Positions 26,134-38,533 of a DNA stretch of 64,000 nucleotides are shown piece after piece (within the stretch, counting starts at the first letter, position 1; every line of letters begins with the position of its first letter). Both the position numbers and the translations under genes were made by a program. The notes beneath the pieces are model-generated. The model saw nothing but the letters and a program-made list of their open reading frames with translations, was not told where the DNA came from and did no database searches. The DNA comes from Dimorphilus gyrociliatus. Its lineage: Eukaryota > Animalia > Annelida. Location: contig CAJFCJ010000019.1 of NCBI GenBank assembly GCA_904063045.1, positions 1,627,700 to 1,691,699 on the forward strand, in the 5' to 3' direction.

Positions 26134-29100
26134 ATGGAAATAGCGAAGTCAATTTTAGGCGTTCATGCCCCAGAAGGCTATAGTTCGCGACGAATTCAAG
26201 GTATTGTTATTTAGTTGTTACGATTACGATTTATCTTCAATATTTAGACTATCTAGTAAATTAAATAAATAAAAAAGTGACAGCTGTTGATGTCTTAGTG
26301 TAACTTAGCGAAAGCTTAATGTGAACAAACACGTATAATTAGTACACGTGTTTAACAGCTGAAACGCTTTCGGAGGATGAGGATGAAAAGAGCGTTATAG
26401 TAGGAGAAGGAATCAGCATTTCGGCTCCACCTCAATATGAAGCATCAGATGGATTTGTACCAACTCCTGGGGGTCCTTTTTCAGCTCTTACTCCTTCCAT
26501 GTGGCCTCAAGACATTCTTTCAAAACTGCATAACACAGTAACTGAACATATTTTATCTTTGTAAAATAGCAACATAAAAACACATCTAATTCACAGCCAG
26601 AAGATTCATCTGGTCAATTAGATTATAGATACGATGAATTTGGGATAAAGGTTGAAGAAGAAGGTTACATAAATAATTAATAAATATTTACCTAATAATC
26701 TAATTATATAATGATTTGTAGACGGTCCAGAACAAAGTTCTAGCAAGTTATTAAGTACACCTTTTCTTGAAGATCCACAGCAACGACTAAAATGGGTGGC
26801 ATATCTTGAATTTACCCATAATGAAGTTAGCGATTTAACGTGGGATAAAGTAGGAAAGAGACTACAAAGATCAGAAAAATTACGTACAATGGTTAGACAG
26901 GGTATACCTCATTCAATGAGACCTCAAATGTGGATGCGCCTTACTGGGGCATTGGAAAAGAAATTAAAATCAGATACATCATATAAGGATTTAGTTAAAA
27001 CGAGCTCAAGCGACCATTTAATGACTTCAAAGCAAATTGAAAAGGTCTGTTTTCGTTATAATTGACTCATATATACTAATATATATAAATTTGTTTCATA
27101 CATTTTTAATATTCCCTATAGGATTTACTGAGAACAATGCCAAATTGCGCTTGCTTTTGCAATATAAACAGTACAGGGATCTCAAGACTAAGGCGTATAC
27201 TGCAATGTGTTGCTTGGCTCTATCCGAGTATTGGTTATTGTCAAGGAACGGGGATGGTAACATATTGATAAATAGGAAATATCATAGTAGTTGAATAAAC
27301 TTATAATATTGTTTGCAGATGGCAGCTTGTTTGTTATTATTTATGGAAGAAGAAGATGCTTTTTGGATGATGTGTTCTATAATCGAAGATCTCCTTCCGG
27401 CCTCCTATTATTCTAGTTCCCTTTTGGGTGTTCAAGTAAGACGTTTAGAATATTTTTTATTTATTATAGTGTCATTATTTAATATTTATTTAAAAATTTA
27501 CAGGCAGATCAAAGAGTTCTTAGACAACTTATAATAACATATCTTCCAGAAGTGGATGAGCTATTCAGGGAACACGATATAGGTTAAATTAACATCCTCT
27601 TTTTTGATTGCCTTTTTTTCCAACTCAATTTGAATAAATTCTTACAGAAATCTCATTAATTTGCCTGCATTGGTTTCTGACTGCTTTCGCTAGTGTAGTT
27701 CATATAAGGGTATTGCTACGTCTGTGGGATATTTTCTTTTATGAAGGTTCAACTATTCTCTTTCAAGCGACTCTCGGAATGTTGAAACTTAAAGTAAACT
27801 GAATAGAAATATTTTATTATTTTATATATTCTTATACGGTTTTTATTGTGGTTTTTAACAGTCTGGAGAATTGAAATCTTATGACAATTCAGCCCAAATC
27901 TTTAATGCCCTCTCAGATGCTCCTGGTGATGTACAGGATGTTGAAGCTCTTTTAGAGGTTCACTTAAAATAAGCAACAATTTAAATAGATATTAATAAAG
28001 TTTGTCCCATGTTTTTGACAGGTATCTTTCAGAATTGCCGGATCTTTATCTGATGTTATTGTCGAAACGCATAGAAGGAAACATTTAGCCTATTTGATGG
28101 CTGATCAAGGAGCATTAGTTAATCCTGAGTCGGCTAAGAATCTACCGAAGCAGGTAAACAATATTAACTAATTAACTTTTCGTTTATATTACAAGTGTTT
28201 CTCATTGTTTAAATAGCAACTTAACAAACGTCAATTAAAGAGGTCAAGATCTCTTGTTTCATTACTTCTCGGTGGCAATACAGGAGAAGAATCCGATAAA
28301 GCCAAAAATATCCAACAAACAGAATTAATAGTAGACTTGAGGGATTCAATTTTGCAGATAGGCAGACATTTTCAATCCTTAGATCCAAAAAATACAAAAT
28401 TTGTAAGTTTTTTATATAAATATCGATTGTTCAAAAAGATACAACAACAGCAACAACAACAACTCAAATATTTGCAGAATTTGCAAGCAGATTACACGAT
28501 GGATAGTCATGCACGGGACCTTGAAAATTACGCAAATGTTGCTAGATGTAGACGACGTAGAGCCAAAGCTCTAATGGATTTTGAGAGGCACGACGACGAC
28601 GAACTTGGTTTTAGAAAGAACGATATTATAACGGTACGTAAACAAAAACTCTTTCATGTATTTTTAATGCTGGATGTATTTGATTTTCTATTGTCTATAA
28701 CAGATAGTTTCGCAAAGAGACGAACATTGTTGGATTGGCGAATTAAATGGATTAAAGGGCTGGTTTCCTGCTAAATTTGTTGAATTATTGGACGAAAGGA
28801 GTAAGAGTTACTCTTGCGCTGGCGATGACTCAGTAACTGAAGCAATTACTGATCTAGTAAGAGGAGTGTAAGCATTTATATTACTAAACAGCTATCCATA
28901 CTTACATCGTCAAAATTGTATAGATTATGCCCAACAATCAAGGCAGTCTTTGAACATGGCTTGAAGAGATCATCTCTATTAGCTGGAGCGGGACACCCTT
29001 GGCTATTCGTAGAAGAGGTTATAACATTACTTTCTACTTTAATATATTATATATCTTCAATTGCGTATGAAATACTATAAATTTTTAGGCTGCCACGAAG

Positions 29101-29674
29101 GAAGTCGAAAGAGACTTTGAGAGTGTCTATTCCAGATTGGTATTGTGTAAAACTTACAGATTAGACGAAGACGGCAAAGTTCTCACTCCAGAAGAATTAT
29201 TGTACAAAGCCGTACAATCAGTTAATATGAGCCATGATGCAGCTCACGCACAAATGGATGTAAAATTTCGGTCTTTAGTATGCAGCGGACTCAAGTAAGT
29301 CCCTTTGACTGTTTAGTCTACTTAATAGACTTTATTTCATTATTTTTTTTTAATTAGTGAACAAGTTTTGCATTTGTGGCTTGAGACGCTCTGCTCTTGT
29401 ACTGAAATTATTGATAAATATTATTATCCTTGGTCTTTTATGAGAAGTCCAGGCTGGGTGCAAATCAAGTGTGAATTACGGTAAATAATTTATAAGAAAA
29501 ATTGAATTTTTCCTAATTCTAAAGTGCATTTGCAGATTATTGTCTCAATTCTCTTTTAACTTGTCTCAGGATTGGGAAATACCTACAAGCAAAAGCTCTG
29601 ATTTAAGCGCACCCCTACGAGATGGGGTTAGGGATATGCTAATCAAGCATCATCTATTCAGTTGGGATATTTGA
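26134..29674 (+). CDS. SGSM3: Small G protein signalling modulator 3 (TBC-SH3-RUN), many exons
   Basis: [61 protein letters not shown] (SH3), C-terminal [16 protein letters not shown]. Confidence 0.97.
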
Positions 29675-30614
29675 ATTATTGTCCTAGGCTCGTTAAATTC
29701 TCATTAATCCCTTAAATCCTAGCATCTAGTCAAATATTTACCAAGTATTTACTTCTAGTCGTTTACTTGTTAATCATGATTATTTCATGAATATTGATCA
29801 AATCCTTCTTTAAAGGTATTAAACAGAGTTTATATAAGTATTATGTGTTCCGTGTTATACAAACCAGAAGAAATGTCACAATTTAATTGTCTAGTCCATA
29901 AATGTGATCTATAAAACTTGTTTCTATTTATTCATTATGTATCATACAAAAGATACCAATAAAATATACAAATATACATGTATATGGCACTAATATTAAC
30001 TCTACATTTGCATAATGTAATTCCCTCTGTCTCCTCTCTGTCTCTTCTGCCAGTCCCATTTTCGTTCCTAATATATTTGATTCACTTTAATATCTAATAA
30101 GTAGTTCGAGAATACTTGAAAAGGCGGGGAAAAAAGTATTTTACTATTAGCAAATTACTACATTTCTCACGATAAAAAACGACCTTACTTTCCTACATGG
30201 TTACATTAAACTTTTCTTGGAATAGATAAAAGGAAAATGCATAAATTGTACAGAGGAAAATCATTAATATACACACTATATGATTCTTTTATACAATTTA
30301 CGAAAATAATCGGTCACATGAAGTGACAATGAAAACTTTTCGAGTTGATTTATCTTCTAGTTTACCTGTCACACAAATGGTCCTCTTTATATGTATTAAA
30401 ATAGAATAGTTTATTATTTTTCCACCTCTGCTTTATCTCTGCAGATTATCTTAAAGGTTAAATAAAACTTAATTTTACCAGGTCTATCGGTTATTAACCG
30501 TATCTTGACCTCTTTTATTAACTATATTTAACATACTGTACATGAATTGCTAAAAATAAAAATTAATAGTCAAAAACTGGTTAAAACGTTGAATAGTTGT
30601 TTTAACAATTTCGT

Positions 30615-30733
30615 TTATGCTTGAGAGACATGTGGGTCATTATTCTGAATACCGTCATTTGGACCTTGGGAAGGCGGTCTATGTGGTGAAAAAGAAAAAA
30701 TAAATATATCTATATATATTAGTATAATATTAG

Positions 30734-30765
<32 letters not shown>

Positions 30766-32147
30766 CTCTTTATATTATAATATAATATACATATTTCTGT
30801 ATGCTGACCTAGAAACAACTGGTTTTGGTAAACTTTGTAAAATAGCCTTAATTTCTTTGGTTTCATCATAATTTTTCCATAATTCATATAGGCTTATTAT
30901 TTGTTTGCTAATTTCCATGATCTATGAGAAAAACATTTAAATATTATTACTAATAAATAGAGGAGGGGAGGAAGAAGAATATTAACTTTTTCCATATCAA
31001 TAGCTAATTCAGCGAACCAGTTTTTAGCCGCTTCCTTTTGATTGATTACGCAAGCCATATGTAGAGCAGCTAAAGGTGTTTAAAAAATATTGATTATAAA
31101 CAATTTTAACTCTTTACGTTAATTTTAATGTTTAACGTTATTATATACTTACACAATGCAATCATATAGGGTGGATATAATAAAGGAATATCAGTTCTAT
31201 AAGTGTCATTAATAATTCGCCTATATTAAACAGATAAGCCTGAGAATTATAAACGTATTAATGAAAAAATTTATTTATTACCAAGCTACTTGTAAAAGTT
31301 GAGCATCATCAGTCGAACTACATAAATCAGTAACATATTGTTGCAATGGTCGGTATGGATGAAAGACAATTAGACAGCAATCCTGGAAATATATTAACAT
31401 TAAACTTTTACTAATAGTTTAACAGGGAGATAATAAAAAATTTAACAAATAAATATCTTACCATCAATTCTAATAAATAGAACTCACATTCCCAGACATG
31501 ATTTATCCTATAAGAGAATTCAGTTGGTTGATTGAATGCGTAACAGAATTTGTTTTTGACTAAAAAAGTTTTAGGTTTCAATAAAGTTATTAATAAATAA
31601 TATGTATAACAATGGTACGTTACCTAATACTTGGCATGCTTGTATTAATCTACTATTTGAAAGAACACCAAATTCCTAAGAGAGAAGGAACACAGTTAAA
31701 ATTTTTTAAAGATATATTAGAATGCTATGCAAACTTACATCGACTTTAGCTGCTAAGTATAGGGCAGTGGGACACATAAGGAGAGGATCTATGCTCTTTA
31801 AAGAATTTTTAGCATAAAATCTTCTAAAGAAAACTGTTGCTGTTGCGACTACTTGTTGTCGAACTTTCATAGCCTCTCCTAAACCTTGTATAACTAAAAA
31901 TATAGCATATATTTTAAAAAGAGAATAGTAAATTTAAAATTTAATACTACAATTTGCAAAGAAAATCATAACTTTCTGATAATCCTCCTCACATATTAAT
32001 TTTAGATCGTTATTTCTCTCTCTCATTAGATCTTGCTTATCGAGAAGCCATTGTTGACTGTATAAAATCGATCAAAAGTATAAAAATATTGAACAGAAAT
32101 CTAAATTAAACAAACCAATGCGAACTGCGCCAAAAGTTCCCTGCCAT
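30615..32147 (-). CDS. CCNC: Cyclin C, many short exons (essentially missed by the ORF track)
   Basis: Hand-spliced exons: MAGNFWRSSH, QQWLLDKQDLMRER, VRQQVVATATVFFRRFYAKNSLKSIDPLLMCPTALYLAAKV, ALHMACVINQKEAAKNWFAELAIDMEK, LYELWKNYDETKEIKAIL. Confidence 0.97.
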
Positions 32148-32489
32148 TTTGATTCTAATACTTTAAAAATTTACTTGAATATGTTATTCATCTGTCGAAA
32201 AATAAGGAAATAACTAGATCAAATTAAATTTTCGATTGCGACAATCGGCATTAAGTATCGTTCGAAAATAGGTTCTATTTCCGCTGGGGTATGCCTAAAC
32301 TATAATTAGTGAAAATATTTTTAATATACTTTAGATATACTCGAAATATCGAGCTTTTACAAATACTTCCCCAACATGTTGAAACATAGAAGAATTTCAA
32401 GTTTTTTATAGATATATTGTTCGTGAAGTCAATTGCAGTTTCGTAAAGATAACCTTTTTCCGTCCATGTGATATTAATTGAATTCGATA

Positions 32490-33038
32490 ATGGCTTATAT
32501 GAGTATTTCGCAACCGACAAGACTTTTAGATCATCTTTATTTAAGTGGTAGTAGAAGTGTGACTGAGAAAAACATCCAGAAACTATCCATCACCTGTGTA
32601 ATCAACCTCACAATGGAGATACCAGCTTTAAAATTAAAAAGTGTAGAGACAAAAAAAATTCTGTGCAATGATCTACCAAGTCAAGATTTGTTAAGATATT
32701 TCGATGAATGTGCAGACAAAATTCACGATGTTGGTAGAAATGGAGGGAAGACTTTAGTTCACTGTGTTGCTGGCGTGAGCAGATCATCTTCAATATGTAT
32801 TGCTTATTTGGTAAAATATAATTCAATGAGTTTAAGAGAAGCATACTTTTATGTTAAAGAGAAAAGATGTATAATACGACCAAACATTGGGTTTTTCAAG
32901 CAACTAATTCAATATGAAAAGGTAGTCAGAGGATCGAAATTTCAGTCGGTAAAGTTAGTGAATACGCAAGTTGGACCGACGCCCGATGTTTACGCTCAAG
33001 AGATAAAAGGCAAAGGCGGCTTTACTTTTATGATTTAA
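32490..33038 (+). CDS. Atypical dual-specificity phosphatase, DUSP14/18/21-like, intronless
   Basis: LLDHLYLSG, general-acid Asp in CNDLP, catalytic loop VHCVAGVSRS, IRPNIGFFKQLIQYE. Confidence 0.93.
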   Translation: MAYMSISQPTRLLDHLYLSGSRSVTEKNIQKLSITCVINLTMEIPALKLKSVETKKILCNDLPSQDLLRYFDECADKIHDVGRNGGKTLVHCVAGVSRSSSICIAYLVKYNSMSLREAYFYVKEKRCIIRPNIGFFKQLIQYEKVVRGSKFQSVKLVNTQVGPTPDVYAQEIKGKGGFTFMI

Positions 33039-33243
33039 GATTAAGGTGCATATATTAGAATATTAATATAAAGTTTTCAAAAAGTACATTTTACTAAATA
33101 TACAACAAATGAACGCACAAATTATACTTTTTTAACAATGACGATGTTCAAGCATTTTTTCTATAATAAAGTAAAATTTGTCGATCATTTTCCCAATTTA
33201 TTATCTATAGAACATGTACAATAATAAATTATCATCAGATGAT

Positions 33244-35097
33244 TCAATCTACTTGTTCAGTGGGAGGATCTGACGTTTCACCGTCAGGTATCTTTGGTAC
33301 ATACACTTCCGAGTTAAAGATATCATTCAATTCATTACTTTCAGCGGTATCTAATAGATCGTTCAATTCTGGAAAACCATTGTATGGTTGTATCAAGCTT
33401 CCATCTATTTCTTTGTCATTTCCTGATGAGTCCGTTTGATATAAAGCTAAAGGCTCTTCCTCATTCTGAAAAAAAATAATTTTATTAATTTTCGTAATAG
33501 AAATTAGTGTCATTCAGCTGAAAATCTTACATCTTCAACAGCAGAGACTGCTAAAGGATCTACTGGGAAGAACTGAAACGTGTTTCATAACCCATTAAAT
33601 AAATAAATAAAGAATAATTTTTGCACATACGTCTTCGAGTTGATCACCGTTAAATGGAAGAGAAGAGTTTGAAAGCAAGTCTTTAAAAATATCCATATCG
33701 CTCTGAATGAGATCCATATTTTGGTAGATATCGTTTTTATCAATTACAGGTCTGAAAGTATAAATTTGTTATTTGGAATCTCAAGCTTGTGCATTTCTAT
33801 ACCGTATAGTTTGTTCAGGTTTCGTCACTTTTTCGTCGTTAATTGGTGCTTCCTGCAATGGAAGATAAAGAGTTAGAATCCGAAAAGATTATTACGTACA
33901 CATGAATTTAAACTAACGCTTTCAACTGAAGAGAATAAATCAGCAAGGCTGCTGTTACCAGAATCATTCGTGGAAGGCAAATCGTGAATAGTTGCTTCAC
34001 CCTCAGTCTGAGGTATCTAGGAAAAGAGAGTTTTGCATCTTATGTAGATACCAATAATGTTCAGTGAACTTACATTTATAGGAACAGAATCAGTTTTTAT
34101 TTCGTATCTTGCCTGCTTAGCAGGAGTTGTTGGCCCAGTAAGCATAGGTATTTTGCGTTTCGTTGATGGCATCTGTCTTTTGCCAACCATTGATAGGAGA
34201 AATCGTATTACCTAAGAGAAAGTATTTAAAATTAATTAACAGTATAAATTCAAATTTAAAGACAGACGTTATTCAAAATTTCTTGCTGAACCTTATGCTT
34301 CTGTCGGAGAATAGCAACTTCTCTCCAGAGAGCGACATTCTCTCTGAAAGGACATAGAAATTGTCAATAACAAGAATGCATAGAACATTACGGTACCGTT
34401 TAATTGAATCAAATTGGTTTGAAACGACTTCATGTTTCTTTGCCAAATTTTTGACATTTTGACAAATTTTGCTATAATCTTCACTTTCTCGAGGTCGTCC
34501 AACTTCTTCAAATTTTGGTTGTACGCCCTATAAAGAATCAATTAATTGAAATAACTTGTGAATAAAAATTTTAACCTTTCTTTTAATTAATTCCAGTAGT
34601 TCCTCTTTTCCTCTAATAAAATGAGGATGCTGAAATTCTACATCTTCTTTTTCATATTTTATTCCCGAGTTCATGTGAACAACTTTTTTAAATCCATCTT
34701 TAAAAATTTATGCTGTCAGTAAAATTCCTCCAATTTGCAAAACAAGAAAACTTACACATGTTTAATTGACGAATGAAACTTGCAATGTTGGAAGTTTTGA
34801 AATACATAGGTAAGATGTCCTTGGCGAATCGATTCTGATCTAACAGGTGAAAGCTTTTGCCACTCTGAATAAAGTTTCGATTAATTAATGAAATGCCTTG
34901 ATAAAATTAAATTTTGTTGTAATCTTTGTTACGGTTGGTTATAGTACGAAAAAAACGAATTCATTGAAAATATTTCTAACCGCATCCCAGCAGATCATGT
35001 CATCGGTTGTTTCGTCGTCCAAGAGGGTACACAGCTTATTCAGAAAAGCAGGTACAGTACTTGAACGATTTTCTAACATTGATATCATTTTTGACAT
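33244..35097 (-). CDS. HSF1: Heat shock transcription factor, multi-exon
   Basis: [17 protein letters not shown]...ICWDASGKSFH...[22 protein letters not shown]...[21 protein letters not shown]; [20 protein letters not shown]; acidic C-terminus. Confidence 0.95.
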
Positions 35098-35860
35098 TTG
35101 CTTGAAATACTAATTCTGCTAGTCACTCTATTACGCATGAGGGATAGACAAATCTGGTCCCCTATCTGATTTCTTGTCATTAATATGGTACCTATATTAT
35201 AACTTTAAACTATCGTATGGTTTTAGAAAATTGCTTGATAGCTATAAGTTTAAATCAAAATAAATAGTTTTATCTAGTATAAAATTCTAATTTTGCAAAC
35301 TTTGATTTAAAGAATCTTACAATTGTGGAAGAAAAAGAGAAGATTTTGCTTCTATAAAATTTTGTAATAAATGTATGCTAACTTTTCTAAATAAAAATAC
35401 ACTGTCTAATTCATTTATTTGTATGCATACATTTAATTGCTTTTAAAATAGATTTATTATTCTTGAGAAATTTACTACTGTCGTAATTATCATTCCAGGA
35501 ATATTTACCGGAAATGTTTGAACGGAAATTGTGGGTTAAAGCGTATAGTGTTCCTGTTGCTTTTTACAGTGATAATTCAACAGCTGAATGCTGTTCAAGT
35601 TATATTTATAACTATCGTTGTAGTTAACACAAAGAAAGGCTGTTGTTTCAGGTAATAAATCTTTTTTTATACTGTCAGATAGTATTTTTAGTACGTTCAT
35701 TTTGCACCAAGAATTGATATAGAACACTTTTAAAGTTTGGTCTATTACATATCTTTTCATTCTTGACGATAAGTCACGTAATGTTCAATAGTTGTTCGTT
35801 AGCCGTATTTGGAAATTAGACACAATACAACTCGGTAGTTGTTCACCGAATTCTCCGAAA

Positions 35861-36544
35861 ATGGCCTTAAAAAGAAGTAAAAGAGAAATTGCTGTTTTTT
35901 TAACAAACATCTCGACCCTATCAGTAGGAATGATATTACTCTGTGTTGCTTTCGGAACCGATCATTGGTTTACAGCCGACTTAAGGGATAAAAATTACAC
36001 ATCAACAGACGAGTATTATGGTTCGATGTATTGTGGAATATTCGAAGGTGAAATGTTTCGAAAGACAGAACACTTGGGTGATCGCCAAACTAAACTCGAT
36101 GTTAGAGATTTTATTTCAAGGAATCAATTAAGAAGACCATACTGGGCAGCAACTATTTCCTTCTTGTCAGTTACTCTTGTTGTTTCTTGCGTCACAGTTG
36201 GATTAGTGTTTTTGAATATTGCTACAAAACCAGTTGAAACTTATTTTGGTACTTTAGGTTTAATATTTTGGTTTGGTGTTTGCTTGTTAAGTTGTGTATT
36301 AGCAATGTCATTTTGGGCAGCTTTCCATCATGTAGAAATTAAAGAGAACATTCTAAATCATCTAACCCCCCCATGGGTTGTTCAAAAGTCATACTTTGGT
36401 TGGTCTTTTTGGCTTCTGTTACCATTTCTTTTTGTATGTGTTTTCAATATTATTCTATTAGTCTTAATTGATGTTCCTATACGGTCATTCTGGAAAAGAA
36501 ATCGTTTCGATGATAAGCCTGCTCCATCAGCTATCATCTATTAA
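35861..36544 (+). CDS. CLRN: Clarin-family four-TM protein, intronless
   Basis: Four hydrophobic helices, GTDHW after TM1, GSMYCGIFEG loop, GWSFWLL before TM4. Confidence 0.8.
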   Translation: MALKRSKREIAVFLTNISTLSVGMILLCVAFGTDHWFTADLRDKNYTSTDEYYGSMYCGIFEGEMFRKTEHLGDRQTKLDVRDFISRNQLRRPYWAATISFLSVTLVVSCVTVGLVFLNIATKPVETYFGTLGLIFWFGVCLLSCVLAMSFWAAFHHVEIKENILNHLTPPWVVQKSYFGWSFWLLLPFLFVCVFNIILLVLIDVPIRSFWKRNRFDDKPAPSAIIY

Positions 36545-36761
36545 AACTCTATCCTCTTTTATTTATTCGGGTTCTTGGGTGCTATTGTTTTTGCTATATT
36601 TTTAGTAGATAGTTTTTAACAATGTCTGTATTGATAATTTTATTCGTTTTCTACGATATATACATATATACATACCGTTATTTAATAAATTAAAATTTAT
36701 AATTAAATTTATATTTGACAGAGCTTAAGAGAGTTTTACATCCTCCTTTTCTATCTAAAGT

Positions 36762-37754
36762 ATGACCTCATATTGCATGTGTCTTCTGATTATTATCAAT
36801 TCAGCTCTCAGTTTAGATGTTTTACAAAGGAAAGAAGTTTATTACCCTGATTATACCATATATCATAATGTTTCGAAGATAGCAGAGAAAATGCATCATC
36901 TTTCGTTAGAAGGAAACCTAATAAAACCCGTCCCAGGTTATTTTTCATTAGATAAAAAAAGTCAACAAGTCTTTCACATTACTGAACATAATTATAAGTC
37001 AAACCGAAAGGTAAATATACTCTTGTCATCTGGTGAACATGCAAGAGAATTTTTCCCTGTTGAATATACTATGAGTATGATTGAACAACTTATTCGGGAA
37101 AAGAAATACCTGCTGAGATATGTGAATTTATTCGTAATAGTCTTATCTAATCCTGATGGGCGTGAATTTGTTGAAAAAAATAAAAATTATTGTTGGAGAG
37201 GCAATAGACGTGGTGTTGATCTCAATAGAAATTTTGATTGGAATTATGGCGGTATCGGATCCTCTGATAATCCTAAAGATGAAGAATATCGTGGCGAACA
37301 TATACTATCTGAACCAGAGGCACTTGTTTACCTAGATTTAATTAATCAAATCAACTTTGACTTTTTTATCTCACTCCATTCAGGAATTCGACAAATTTAT
37401 GTTCCATTTTCAGATACTTTTTCAAAAACTTTTAATAGAAAACCAGGAAATATTGAAAGTATGCTCGATTTAGCAAAACAGCTCTCCCAGTCAACAAAGT
37501 ACGATTACAAATATGGCCAAGCGTATAATCTTAACTTTTATACTGCCGATGGAACTATTTTCGATTACATGGCTGGAAAGAAAAATATACCGTTTTCATT
37601 AGCTATAGAACTATGGGGAAATGGCATAGGTGAATGTTTCGATCTATTTAATCCTCCAAGTGGAAAACTTAAAGAAGAAATTAATGCCCTGAAACCACTG
37701 TTTTGGAAACTTGTTAATTATGCAATAAATTGGAAAAAGAAACAATTAAATTGA
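36762..37754 (+). CDS. Secreted zinc carboxypeptidase (M14), intronless, no evident propeptide
   Basis: Signal peptide; Zn ligands GEHARE and SLHSG; WRGNRRGVDLNRNF; catalytic Glu in AIELWG. Confidence 0.92.
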   Translation: MTSYCMCLLIIINSALSLDVLQRKEVYYPDYTIYHNVSKIAEKMHHLSLEGNLIKPVPGYFSLDKKSQQVFHITEHNYKSNRKVNILLSSGEHAREFFPVEYTMSMIEQLIREKKYLLRYVNLFVIVLSNPDGREFVEKNKNYCWRGNRRGVDLNRNFDWNYGGIGSSDNPKDEEYRGEHILSEPEALVYLDLINQINFDFFISLHSGIRQIYVPFSDTFSKTFNRKPGNIESMLDLAKQLSQSTKYDYKYGQAYNLNFYTADGTIFDYMAGKKNIPFSLAIELWGNGIGECFDLFNPPSGKLKEEINALKPLFWKLVNYAINWKKKQLN

Positions 37755-38533
37755 CATCAAAACTGTTTTTCTCACGACATTTTAAAATATTTACAGTAAT
37801 CTTTTTTCTTTATTTATCCAATTTTTACCCTGCAGAGAGACTAGTATTAATTAATGTTTTCTACCTATATACGTTTAGTGGAGTTGCCAATAAAAAAAAC
37901 TCACAAACAAACACCGAATATTTAACATAATAAAAAAAGTTGGCTTTAGTTCATTTTTATCTTTTTTTTTTAAAAAAAATATTTTGTTATATTTTTACAA
38001 GTCCTTCGATTAATCCACAAAGAATATTTATTGTCACGAATTTCACACACTTGCATAAAAGTATATAGCTTCAAAGTTGAGATGTTTTTTTCTGTTTTTT
38101 TTTTTATCAGTATTGTTATTCCTTCTAAACTTCCGGTTTCGTAAATAAATAGATATAAAAACAATAGTAAAAATTGTTATAGATAATTTACTGCTCTTCT
38201 TTAACTTTTACTATTGTCTTAATTCAATAAGGAACAAAAAATTGTTTAGCATTGCGCCAGTCTATGGGACGAAAGCGAAGGACGTTTCCTAACTTAAATA
38301 TACGGTTTTTTTTATGGTAGGTCTCAAGCTACTAAGGCTTTACACTTCTTAAAAAGGAATAAAAAGCGATTAAGAGTAGTATTTTTTTATTATAATAATA
38401 AAATGGATTACTTTAAAAGTAAAAAGAACATTTCAAAATAAAAATATATTATTTGTTTTTGAAGGTGACCACTGAACCATACTTTAATTCGTTGAAGAAT
38501 AAACGTCAAGTGATTTACCGAACAACATCCAAT

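Noticed and set aside
28423-28487. Poly-Gln stretch in the SGSM3 ORF
   Set aside because: Lies in an intron ((CAA)n tract) between the gtaagt donor and the tttgcag acceptor.
35536-35760. 74-aa minus-strand ORF upstream of HSF1
   Set aside because: No motif, no splice link to HSF1; lies in the HSF1/clarin divergent promoter.
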